Source: Hormiphora californensis (Eukaryota; Animalia; Ctenophora). From it: a stretch of DNA of 64,000 nt. The translations under genes and the position numbers were made by a program. The notes beneath the pieces are model-generated. The model did no database searches, had not been told where the DNA came from, and saw only the letters and a list, made by a program, of their open reading frames with translations. Location of the stretch: contig CM035351.1 of assembly GCA_020137815.1 (NCBI GenBank), forward strand, positions 4,650,001 to 4,714,000, read 5' to 3'. Positions 11,252-23,382 of the stretch are shown piece after piece (positions within the stretch are counted from its first letter, which is position 1; every line of letters starts with the position of its first letter).

Positions 11252-12445
11252 CAGGATGTCCCCACTGTCCTTGCATCACCCGCGATCCCAGGCCATGACC
11301 GGGCTCCACCAAACCAACCAAAACTGATCGAAAAATCGGTCAAAACGGTTCCAACAAAAACCAGTGCTCCAGAGAACTGTCCGGCGAACACCCTGGCCGC
11401 AAGATCGACTTTCATAGTCCCATCAATCGTCAGATACACCGTCGCAAAGTCAAAATCACGTATCCACGAAATCCGACCGGGGTCCACGCCTTGAAAAATT
11501 CACAAGTGCAAAGCCACCCGGACCACACTGCATCCCTCACAAGAGCCGTAGGAAACTATCCGGCGGCCATCCCGGCACCCGGGCTCTTATCCCAGCTCAA
11601 TGCTTAGAATGTCTTATGACTGTCAGAACTGGAATTTTCCCAAAAGTGGTTTCAGGTATCGCATTGCATTTTGCCCTGTTATGAAGCTCATAGCTGCTTG
11701 AATAACATCTTAGTGCATGATAGGGTTGAGATAGACCACTTGCGTATCCTACACATTAACAGGGGCCTTGCCAAATCGTCATAACAACCCTGTCAAGTGT
11801 CTAGATGAAATTGAGACGATATGTGCTGATTATCATGGGATTACACACGACACGGAGCCACCTAATTAGGGGTTGTGAGCCGATACCAACTAAGACTCAG
11901 CATAGAAAAATCTTAACATGTTCCTACAGTCATAACGCAACTTAAACGTAGAGCTATGGAAAAAACCATGGTATCAAGATGAACCTTAGACGATTCCAAT
12001 GATATGAAGCTCTTGTAAATTTCAAATCATTTTACCCATTTTTTGATGACACGTGATCCCCTCAAAAATGCTGGTTGAATTTCGTCTTTAGACAGTCATA
12101 AGACACTCTAAACATCGAGTTAGGACAAAACCCGGGCACCAAAATGACCGCCAGACGACCCCCCACAACTCCCACGAGGGACGCAATGCGATCCGAGCAA
12201 CTCCGCACCTGCGAACCCCGGTCGGACCTCATGAACACGCAATTGCGACTCCACGACGACACATCCGACGACCGGCAAAACTTGGAAAGTCAATCCTGCA
12301 ACCAAAACGTTCGCCAGACAACTCTCCAGAACACTGGCCCTTGCCAGAACCATTCCGACCAACCCCTCGACCAGCCCCGGCCAGTCCAATGGAGCCCGGT
12401 CATGACCCAAAATCGCAGGCGCCGCAAAGACAGTGGGACACCCTG
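11252..12445. mobile_element. Mariner-like MITE family A, copy 2 (inverted relative to copy 1) with hypermutated arms
   Basis: TA|CAGGATGTCCCC...GGGACACCCTG|TA; spacer close to the reverse complement of copy 1; arms carry dense T>C changes. Confidence 0.9.
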
Positions 12446-12689
12446 TATATTAAATATTTAGTTGGCAAACGTTGCTGCCTGCTGGCGCCACTCGCAGCGC
12501 TTTTCAATATGATTAGATGACTGCTTAAAATGGTCTGTTATTAGTTAGTGCACGTGGCCGAAGGCCAAGTTTTCTAAATACAACAATAATGAACCGAGAC
12601 CGATAGGTCGAGGTAGATTCTTTTACTTAGCTGCCGAGCCTGCGAGGCACGCTAAGTGTAACTAGCCTGCGAGCTCTGTAGTTGGACCC

Positions 12690-12960
12690 TGCTTGTGGGG
12701 GGTTTCACGCCCCCTGACCGAGGCTGCCGCCCCTGGCCCCGGACACCCAGGGACTTGCTGGGCCCTAAGAATTGTTAGCATTGAACTGTATGGCGGCGCC
12801 ATACCCCATTTGATTCTCAAATTGGCGCGACAGTGCGCTCAGATGGGTCGCGGCGCCAGACGGCCAGCGTTAAAATCTGGGTGTTTTGGGAGTGTTTTGG
12901 GAGTGCTGACAAACGGTTTTTTAGGGTTAGGGCTAAAGTAGGGTTAGGGTTGGGGTTAGG
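12690..12960. repeat. GC-rich dispersed repeat followed by degenerate TTAGGG-like units
   Basis: ggggggtttcacgccccctgaccgaggctgccgccc resembles the reverse complement of ~49270-49330; ttagggttagggctaaagtagggttagggttggggttagg at 12921-12960. Confidence 0.55.
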
Positions 12961-12994
12961 CCTTGACATTCCCCACCATATAAACTTTGAATCC

Positions 12995-13127
12995 CGTGTA
13001 CAGGTACACCCCTTACTCCCTCTCTCTCTGACCTGTACGGGTACACCCCCCGCCCCTTACTCCCCCTCTCTCTGACCTGTACGGGTACACCCCCTTACTC
13101 CCTCTCTCTAACCTGTACGGGTACCCC
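12995..13127. repeat. ~40-bp minisatellite duplicating the PITRM1 exon end and splice donor
   Basis: acctgtacgggtacacccc..cttactccc.tctctct repeated about 3 times. Confidence 0.8.
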
Positions 13128-15741
13128 GTGTATATTGGTCCTCTCCACCGGGTAGTGTGTTGGTTCACTTGACACATCACCCAGGGTTATACAAGGTAGA
13201 CAAGATAGGTCCTGGGTACTATTTTGGGCTGATGCCAACTTACTTGCTTCCTTCTTTATCCTGACCTCATCTAATGGGAGAGAGTGATGGTACCAAGGAG
13301 AGAGGCTGGTGTTTGAAGTTAGAACAACCCCCTACTTGCCAAAAATCACTATCAGAAATTCCAAATATACAGGAATTACAACTTATAACGTTAATCCTAA
13401 ATCCACTATAATATCCTGAAGTCTAGCCAATTATACCTTGCTCTGATAGGGTAGCAGTTCGTTCAGCTAACAGCTCCTCCTCCCTCTCCTGCAGTTTCTC
13501 CCCGTATGACCGATCAGGTACCATGATAGTAGTTAGTCTGTGTGTGTTGTCTCTAAACCAGGTCCGTGCCAACTCCCTCACATGACCGCCATCATCACCC
13601 TGCAGCTCTTTAAATCTGGGTGGAGGGAGAATGATAGATCGGTGACGAACAGTAAATTTCACATTAGCCTATCGGTTTGGGTACAGTGGATCCTCACGCA
13701 CCGGGAAGATACGTCGAACGCGATAGAAAGGGCGACCTCATACCCAAAATCAATGAAAATGTTTCGTATGAATTTATTTGTACCGTGCAGCATTCTGTAA
13801 GTGTTAACAGGGTGAGCAAGTGAGCATGATAGGGCGAATCATACCTAGCGATGTGGGAGTTTAGTTCCAGGTACTCGGATGGTTTACAACCATGTAACCA
13901 CGTTCCCAGGATACCCATACCGAGGTGCAGGCCAAACGAGGTACTCTGGTGTTTCTTGGAAATCTCTATCTGATGGAGTACAGCTGAGAGTTGTTCTTCA
14001 TCAACACCTTCCTCGCATACCTCTGCCCAGACACGCTCTATCGCTTCAAGGACCTGGTGGGAGAGAGAACGTAAGGTGGTTACCTATATTCGGCTCTCAG
14101 GTTAGTGGGAAGTGAACATAACAATTCGTGAGTATCTAGGATAACCACATGTAATGTGGTTACAGCCAAAGCCCAGATAAATCACGGTAGCTATACTGCT
14201 CCAAACCCTTTTTGGTGCTACGAAACATCGAAAAGTATTGATGTACTGATGTAGCTTGTTATTGAGTAACAAGATGTAGCATTATCTATGTAGCATACCT
14301 TGGGAACATTTTCTTTGGCAACACCCTTTAACCCGATGGTGAAATAGGAATCCTTGGTGTAGGAACAGAGACCGGTGCCAGGAGCAAAGTCAGCACCCAA
14401 CTCGGACTGAATTAGGGCTTCGTAAAACTTGCTCTGTGCTCCCTCTGTCAGTACCTCCGTGATGATACTGAGGGCAAGGTTGTGGTACCTGCAGAGGGGG
14501 GGGGTGATAATTCAGTAATGTGATTCACCGACGTGATGGTCCTTACTGCTCGTTAAAAAAGAGGGTCTGAGAGACAAGAGGTTGAAACTTGTCACAATTA
14601 TGTCTATATTATACGGTATAATTTATACCATGTGAGAGAAAACCATGATCTACAGAACCCTCACAGAGCGTGCTGTGAGTTTGGTGACGCGGTCCCCCCT
14701 ACACTAGGGCCGCGCGAAGCGCGGCAAACGAAGCCGGCGAAGCATAATAGGGGATGTCATCACCAAGCTGTGAGTCATACAAAGAGACCTTGCTTCTGGG
14801 TGTCTCTACCTGTCGTTCAGGGTGGGTAGTTTATAACTAACTGCCACCGTTAAACTGTCCCCATCCCCCAAGGAGGGATCATGGGGTCCACTTATCTCCA
14901 CAGTCCTTGGCTCCGACCACTGAGCCTCACTGGGTACCAGGGTGTTCGGGTCAATCCTCCCAAACCTATCCAAAACACCCGATAACTTCTCTAAGTGACC
15001 CTCAAGTGGAAGATCTCCGTAAGTGTAGAAGACTGCGTTACTCGGGTGATAGTGGGACCTGTGAAATGCCACCAGATCCTCGTGGCTAAGATCAGGGATT
15101 GAGAGTGGTACACCCCCACTGCAGTTCCCGTAGGTGTGGCTTGGTAGGATATTTTGGAGAACACCCTGTCCAAATATGTACCCTGAGTTGTTGTTATACC
15201 CCTTCATTTCGTTAAAAACAACCCCTTTAAACCCTATCTTCCCATCCCCTTTCTCTTCGTGTTCTAGTCTCCACCCCTCTTGTAGGAAATCCAGCCGATT
15301 TAGATTGGGGAAGAAAGCTGCATCACAATATATTGACAGGAGATTGTAAAAGTCCTGTTTGTTTTGAGTTGAAAAGGGGTACATAGTGAAATCGGGTGCT
15401 GTCATGGCGTTCATAAATGTAGAAAAGGACCGGGTTAGCATCTTGAAGAATGGATCCCGGACAGGGAACTGCTCCGAGCCACACAGGGCAGTATGCTCCA
15501 AGATATGTGCCACACCGGTATCGTCCATGGGGGTAGTTGCAAAGGCCACACAGAAATTATTATTTGAATCGTCCCGGTCTATGTGACAGTGCCTCGCCCC
15601 CGTTCCATCGTGTATTAGTTCAACAGCGGTACAGTTGAAATCTGGGATTGGGTCTACAGAGGTGACAGTGTAACCATGTATCTTCTGGCCGGTACTGTAG
15701 TGCCGGTGGAGCCTGGAGAACCGGCCAACATAACGGAGCAT
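13113..15741 (-). CDS. PITRM1: Mitochondrial presequence protease (M16C), N-terminal half; exons ~15741-14810, 14488-14299, ~14053-13845, ~13615-13437, ~13271-13113
   Basis: HILEH zinc motif, RDPFFKML, FMNAMT, QEGWRLEH, GVVFNEMKG; last visible exon QDLSCLP...GVPVQ; mitochondrial-type N-terminus. Confidence 0.92.
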
Positions 15742-16095
15742 GGCCTAGGAATCAGGGGAGTAGGGTGGTGTTAGGAGTGGGGAACAGGGGTCAAATTGGG
15801 ACAGTTTAGAGATTAAAACGAGGAGTTTTGAGTGGCAAATAAGTTAAGTTGATAAAAGATCTTCACAGATTACATATAAAAACCCCGTTCTCACTTCTCA
15901 CGTCACATGTTCGGGGTATGATGACAGTGAGACTTATGACATCACTGCTGCAGAAACTGACATACACTCACACACACTGACACACATAAACGCCGCGCAC
16001 TGTACCATCCACTTTGATCACAACTGAAACTTGGCGCGTTCCAGCAACGCGCCCCAAATAGCAAGATTGTCCATGCTGTCCCACCTTTCTCATCA

Positions 16096-16846
16096 TCACA
16101 GCTTGAATGTCCGCCCTCCAGCTCCAAGTTTGGCCCTTGCCTCTCGGGTCTCCTCCTCTTTATAAACCTCCTTCGTTGCCTTTTTAACCTGTCTCCTCAT
16201 TTTCTGGCTCTCCTTGACTGCTTTCTTCCTAGCTCGCTTCTCTTCAGCCGTTTCTGTTTTGGTTCTGAGATTAGAAATCTGGATCACATTCTCCTCGTCT
16301 TCCTCACTGCCCTCCTCCTCCTCCTCCACCACTCCCTCATCCTTATCCTCTCCTCCCTCCTGGATCACCATGCCTCGTTTATCAAGCTTGATCCTCCTGG
16401 GTACCTCAAGTACTTTAGGATGATTGTAAATGTTGGTGTAGGTTGACAGGATCGTCTCACAATCCCAAGCTATGGCTGCCCTATGTTCAATATCCTCCAC
16501 CACCGTCTCCTTCTTCTCAGAGCGCTCTTCTTGGCGAGATGCCAAAGCCAAGATACGGCGCTTATCGACCTGAACAGGGTGATGTTAACAATATACGTCA
16601 CACTTCTCAAATGTCAAAAAATCTGTCCCGGAAACCTAATTTCCCAGTCGATGTTTACCTACCCCTCCTAACCGCAACCTACCTGGTCGTCACCCTCTGT
16701 TATGCCGTGTTTATCAAAGTCTTCACACAGCTGTTCCAGAATTAGATTTGGTTCATCTTGGATCTCATCTTCATCGACTGGTCTGAGGTCTTCTTCCCCC
16801 GCACCCAGCTCATCGTACTCTTTAAACATCTGGTGGGTGTTGGGGT

Positions 16847-16890
<44 letters not shown>

Positions 16891-16910
16891 GAGAGAGAGA
16901 GAGAGAGTGA

Positions 16911-16947
<37 letters not shown>

Positions 16948-19269
16948 TACCAGTAACGGAATACAAGTAGAGCGTTTAATGAAGTTAAGTGCCTACCAAA
17001 CTGCCATGTACTGACACGTTCTCTAGACCATTCACAATTTGTCCATTTATGTCAACTCCACCCCTGCCTCATTTTGCCCCTGATACTATCATACTTTCCA
17101 CATCTCCCTCTCTATCCATGTCTATATTTCTCTGTCTCTCGCCCTTCCAGATAACTATAATTATATCTCTCTACGGCCGGCCCACCACCGTTTATCTCTT
17201 TCCTGTCTCGATACTATGTGACAGGTTTCTGTCACGGGAGATACACAGAGATATGAAAGTGTCTTAATTTCAAATCCTCATTATGACCTGTAGTAGTACA
17301 ACGTGTTGTACAGGATTCTAATAACTAGTGCTATTATCCTGTCTCACACTCTACTATTATACACTCTCATGTAGTATGACAATGTATGACAAACTTCTAC
17401 TACACACAGATTGTTTGTAAACCCTTAGGATCTATCTATCTATCTACAGAGTGCCCACATGGGACTTTCGCAAAGCGATATCGCCGGCACTAGAATAGCC
17501 CCTCTCCCCCACCATCAGGAACTACCACAGGCAGGTTCGCATTATAAATGGCGGGTTCGGGAGAGTAAACTCCTTCCAAAAAACCCTTAGGATGGTCCAC
17601 AATATAACCAGATTTTAGCACGGGAAACACAGAAAACAACAACTCATTACCAACATTGAGTCTCTTGACACTGTTTCCGTGCTTTAGAATAAAAATAAAG
17701 TATGAACAACCCATGACCAACAACTGAACCCACCTCTTCAAACTTGTTATCCAAATGAGTGAGATTTTCATTCCGGGGGAGGACAGAAGAGGAGACAGAG
17801 TATTCAGTAAACCGACACATTTCCTCATCTCCCTCGAGACCAGGGAGACTATCATTGTCATCATAGAAATCTGAATCAAGGTCCCTCTCCTCTCCCTCAT
17901 CGCTACAGATGGTATGATCATCATCATCACCATCAATAACACATTCTCCCTCGGCCTGGTTAAAATAGAGATCTGTTGAGTGTATAATAATGAATTTGTT
18001 TTCACTGTCGTCTTGGTTTAAAAAACGTTAAAGATTGAACAATATTATCATTGCGATTACCATAGTAATGAAGTCATCCTCCAGCTCCAGATCTGGGTTC
18101 TCCCAATCGAATTCATCGTCCAGAGCCGCCACAATATCAGGATCAAGAGATAGATCCAGACCCCGGGGTGCCCCATGGGCTAACATACCAATAGCCTCCT
18201 CCCGGGCAGAGGGCAGGACACATGATGGTAGCTGTACTTTTCCTGTAGTTGGATTTGGGTTGGTTTAATTTGATGACAACTCTCATGGAGGCAACTTTTG
18301 CAAACGAGGTAGATGGAAAAGTTGGTTGAGATGGGTTCGAGATCAAGTAATGTCGGAATTGTATCCTGAATTTACCTGGCTTGGTTGGGTTGCTAGCCTC
18401 CCATACAATGTCACTCTGACCCCGTTCTCGCAAGTGCTGCATGTAGTCATATTCATCATCGAAGAAAATTCCATGTTCTCGTTGACTGGCTAGCTGGGCA
18501 TCTCTGTTTTCAGGCTTATTTTCTGTCTTAATCTGGTCGTTGCCACCTAATAGAAGTAGTTATTTTAAGATTCTAGATTGAACTGAAACTTATCATTCTA
18601 TCAAGCCCCTCTTAAAGGTTGACAAGATACCTAAAACTTTTCGCATATCGTCTTATTTTGATTTATCATTAATTTTCAGCATTTTTTCAGAATTTTTTGT
18701 CGGCTAGAAAAAAATTCGAAATAGGGGGTCTACCGATATTGTCAGCACTGGTTTTACTGGGCACACTCACTGCGTCTCGCAAATTGAAATTCACGTTTCC
18801 GGTTCCTCAAAAGATAAAGACTTGATCTTGGTTGCGTTGGATTGGTCTCAATAAGACCTTTCCAACGCTACCGAAACGGTTTCTGTATCTCATCAGGATA
18901 TATCAGAGATATTACGTTATCAATTTAAAAAAAGGCACACTCATTTGTCAGTAGACCCCCTATTTTGCACATATTTCTAGCCGACAAAAAATTCTGAAAA
19001 AATGCTGAAAATTAATGATAAATCAAAATAAGACGATTATATACGAAAAGTTTTAGGTATCTTGTCAACCTTTAAGTAGCTATTAACTACCCCTACTGCA
19101 GATTGCTGTAGTACTGGTTACTGGAAATGTCACCCAAACCTTGGATTTCGGTGAAGACTCGTTGAGGAGCAGTTTCATCAGCAATTAGGGGATCCTTCTG
19201 GGATCTGTGGACCAGCCTGTAAACTGTAGCATTCTTCTTGTCTATAAAGGGCTTCTTCTTTCTACCCAT
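16096..19269 (-). CDS. LTV1: LTV1 ribosome biogenesis factor (multi-exon)
   Basis: MGRKKKPFIDKKNATVYRLVHRSQKDPL; IFFDDEYDYMQHLR; WDCETILSTYTNIYNHP; ETAEEKRARKKAVKE. Confidence 0.92.
16851..16944. repeat. (GA)n microsatellite
   Basis: Read directly. Confidence 0.95.
18616..19071. mobile_element. TTAA-target MITE (Kolobok/T2-like) family B in LTV1 intron 1
   Basis: TTAA|AGGTTGACAAGATACCTAAAAC...GTTTTAGGTATCTTGTCAACCT|TTAA. Confidence 0.85.
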
Positions 19270-19389
19270 AATTGTAGCCACTTGATAGAAACAGGGGTGA
19301 TCAGTTATGGTATTTTGTGGAGTTGTTATTGTAATCTTTATGTTAAAACAAGTTGATCGAATTATAAACCATTATAATTGGGTAATTAA

Positions 19390-20688
19390 GGGTACGCTAA
19401 CCAATATTTTTTTCGAGTGCAGGGAAATCTCTCACCGCAGGGTTGTAGGCCATGCCAAGGAGACCTCAAATATGCAATTTTAGCCCTCAAGTCGAATTCA
19501 TATTTTTGCTACAGCCGTTTTAAAATCGTCTTGAAAATTTCTGAAAAGACGTTTTTGACACCCTAAAAATACATTTTCAGGGCTAGAAGCTTAAAATTAT
19601 GGGGATTTGAAGGGGATAGGAAGGTTTATCGACACAAAAATTTTTATTAAAATCGGTGATGATTTTCGGTCGTGAGATTGATTTACTTTTTTCCCTCTTA
19701 AAGGCCCTATTTAGCAAAGTTCCGAAAGTTTGTGAAGGCTGTAAATTGGTGAAAAGTTGCGTCTAACGATTATCTAAGTGGCCACAAATTTTTGGCGTGT
19801 CCTTATTTGAGACAAGTTGTACGGAGCTTTTTTTGTGAAAGCCGTTTTTTTAAAAATAAAGAAATAGCCTGTATCTCAAAAACGACTGATTTTAGAGACC
19901 TGAGACCAAGCTTAAACGATTCAGAAGGTCCGATTTTGGGGGGTCTTCTGAGAGACATTTTTCTCCTACTTCAACGGTTTTTGCTGTAATTGCGAAAAAG
20001 GATTTAGCAAGAAGGTGGAAAAGCAGCACGAAGCAGGCTGTCGGAACTCCTCTTTTGCCCTCTTCAAAGGATTTGTTTTTCGCAATTACAGCGAAAACCG
20101 TTGAAGTAGGAGAAAAATGTCTCTCAGAAGACCCCCCCCCCAAATCGGACCTTCGGAATCGTTTAAGCTTGGTCTCAGGTCTCTAAAATTAATCGTTTTT
20201 GAGATACAGGCTATTTCTTTATTTCTAAAAAAACGGCTTTCACAAAAAAGCTCTGTACAACTTGTCTCAAATAAGGACACGCCAAAAATTTGTGGCCACT
20301 TAGATAATCGTTAGACGCAACTTTTCACCAATTTACAGCCTTCACAAACTTTCGGAACTTTGCTAAATAGGGCCTTTAAGAGGGAAAAAAGTAAATCAAT
20401 CTCACGACCGAAAATCATCACCGATTTCAATAAAAAATTTTGTGTCGATAAACCTACCTATCCCCTTCAAATCCCCAAAATTTTAAGCTTCTAGCCCTGA
20501 AAATGTATTTTTAGGGTATCAAAAACGTCTTTTCAGAAATTTTCAAGACGATTTTAAAACGGCTGTAGCAAAAATATGAATTCGACTTGAGGGCTAAAAT
20601 TGCATATTTGAGGTCTCCTTGGCATGGCCTACAACCCTGCGGTGAGAGATTTCCCTGCACTCGAAAAAAATTTTTGGTTAGCGTACCC
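19390..20688. mobile_element. Near-perfect palindromic TTAA-target MITE family C, copy 1
   Basis: TTAA|GGGTACGCTAACC...GGTTAGCGTACCC|TTAA; ~610-bp arms. Confidence 0.9.
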
Positions 20689-20930
20689 TTAAACAAGGTA
20701 CATGCGTTTCTTAACATAAACTAATCATTCCACACAAAAGAGCCAATATATATTTGTATCGAATATAACATTTCATATTTCCTCCAGTAATAATAACAAT
20801 CCATACTTTACAATATGTTTTTATTGCGCCATCAGCTAATTTCAAATTCCATTCATAATAATTTCTATGATTTATAATAATTTTATAACAAACACAAGCA
20901 TTATCCCACAATTCCTATCAAACCACTTTT

Positions 20931-20933
<3 letters not shown>

Positions 20934-20961
<28 letters not shown>

Positions 20962-21173
20962 CTGTTTTATGTCTTCTATTTTCTGTCTCTGTCTCTTCTA
21001 TTTTCTGTCTCTGTTTCTTCTATTTTCTGCCTCTGTCTCTTATATTTTCTGTCTCTGCCTCTTCTACTTTCTGTCTATTTTCTGTCTATTTCTCTTCTAT
21101 TTTCTGTCTCTGTCTCTGTCTGATGTCTCTGTCTCTGTCTCTGTCTCTGTCTCTGTCTCTGTCTCTGTCTCTG

Positions 21174-21237
<64 letters not shown>

Positions 21238-21260
21238 TCTATCATTTTCTGTTTCTCTCT
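20934..21260. repeat. Compound (CT)n / (GTCTCT)n microsatellite
   Basis: Read directly. Confidence 0.95.
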
Positions 21261-21419
21261 ATCATCTGTTTTACACGGATATACATTATATAGAAAACAA
21301 TTCTCCCAGTTCTTTATTGATTCTTGTGGCACACACACTTTAAGTATGACGGTTTAGGGGACGAGAAGGGTCGATCCAAGGCTGATAAGCAGTTGACTGA
21401 GTGAAAAACTAGACCGTAA

Positions 21420-22583
21420 CTACCTGGAATCATGGAAGAGGGTGTTGTTAATTAAACTGCAGTTATGTAAGTCTAGCAATGTTAGAGTCACTTGTATTGT
21501 ATGAACAACTACAAGTAAAGTGAACTCAGCTATTAATTTCTTTCCTCGATAATCATGTTTATCAGCTGTCTCCTGTCCTACAACCCCCCTCCCCCTTACC
21601 ATTATCAACAGCATGAAAGACATTATTCTCCTGATCGTCCACCAGGAGCACTTGGTCGGGTGTAAAGTGTTGTCCTCTACTAGCTAACTCCTCCAACACA
21701 GAATGGATGTGCGTCTGTTTACCGTCTCTTACCAACGCTGGGGTGATTGGTTTGTGGGTAATGAATTGAAGTTACACAACAAGCGAGTTAGGTTTTGACC
21801 GTAACAACTCAAGAAACGATTTAAATGTGGAATGGTGTGTTTTTCGTGGGACTTCTCCGTCACCAAAAAAAGGGTGGGTTAAAACATCTAGGGACTTCAT
21901 TTTACTCACATTTGTTGATTGTTTCACAGTGAAAATCTCCCCGGACGATGGTGTTTGGTGCAATTCTGCGGATTACATTTCCAATTAGGTCTGTTTGCCG
22001 GGAGAAGGTTGTAACTGCAATCTGGAGTTTAGGTGCCGCTGCTCTGATTAATTCCACCATTCCAGGCTGTAACAAACTAGGAGGGGAGGGAGGTTAGTTT
22101 TCAGGTTGTTACAGTGGTGCTCCGTCATATTGGCCAATGCGTTGGGGACGGCACATGGGGAGGGAGGGGGCACTGTGGTATATAAATAGCGAGGGAGATC
22201 AGAGTGATAAAAGAGGGGCCCCATCAGTGAAATGGGATAATTGCGATATGGCGACAATGGTGTGATCTGTACATCGTCTGTAGTACAGTACACCACTCAT
22301 CGCCACACACATCTAACTTAGTCTCCCCATCACCGGAGCAATATCAAATGGGAACTAACACCACACAACACAAACTGCGATATTACTCAAATCTGGTAGT
22401 AACTTGGACTTTTAGTCAGAGATGTACAAAAAGGGCAATATATTACCTGGTGAGATCATCCTCAGTGCCCATGAAGAGGCCCCGAGTGTGAATGGAACAG
22501 ATGGTCATATCAAAATCCAGGGCGAGAATCTTAATACCTCCATCAAGGAGGGTCTGGGCCCGCCGACTAGCAATATTGGTCAT
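21420..22583 (-). CDS. HAD-superfamily hydrolase, missed by the ORF track; exons ~22583-22447, ~22077-21930, ~21750-21600; 3' end uncertain
   Basis: Manual translation gives ILALDFDMT (motif I), IAVTTFS (II), GKQTH (III) and VLLVDD (IV). Confidence 0.75.
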
Positions 22584-23382
22584 ACCATCATCCCGCACAC
22601 AAACACACTAGTCACACAACAACCGGCTATAATCAAGGGGAGTAATTAATTGGGTGAGAGGGGTTACAATCGATTAATAGATTAGGGAAGAGGGGCTTTA
22701 ATTAACTGATTGGGAGAGGCTGCGGTGAGAGATTATTGATACATATAACAGTACCAATATGCAATAGAGTATGGGAACTGGGAAGTAATACTTCCAAATA
22801 CCAAACCACCACTAATCAAAAGTGTGGCTGATCAGCCCCACACGAGCTAGAAAATCAGATTACGATAGGCCAAATATATGGCTGGGGCCTGGGTCACAAG
22901 GGGGAAATGATACAATAAAGGACACGCAATAACACTCACACAAATTAGTTGTTAACGTATTATATTGGCACACACACCAGATATATATTACCAAATCAAA
23001 CACAAAACACAAAAATATAACACATTGAATCACCTTGTTTCACAAACACACAACAAGAATTGGTTAAATAAAATTTTACAAATCAAAAACACATGAAAAA
23101 TATAAGTGTGGAAGATAAATATTTTATACGTATTCAGTGGAAAAGATAGCAAGATATACAAAACAAAACATCTCTCTCCTGTGATATATTTATCTTGACA
23201 TAATGGGAAAATATATTTAACTTTGTGTAAGAGGAAAATATAGAAATATTGTACTGGCACAACCCCATTATGTTGGCATATATCAAATTATCCCTACCGT
23301 TAATGGTTATGGAAAAGTGTTAAACACGCTAACCCTTAACACACACTAACACAGTAAAGCTAACACACTCTAACACACTTAA

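Noticed and set aside
12921-12960. True telomere
   Set aside because: Only a few degenerate, internal units.
20867-21343. SL/RE-repeat ORFs (also 16702, 31505, 32634, 43437, 55215)
   Set aside because: Translations of microsatellites.
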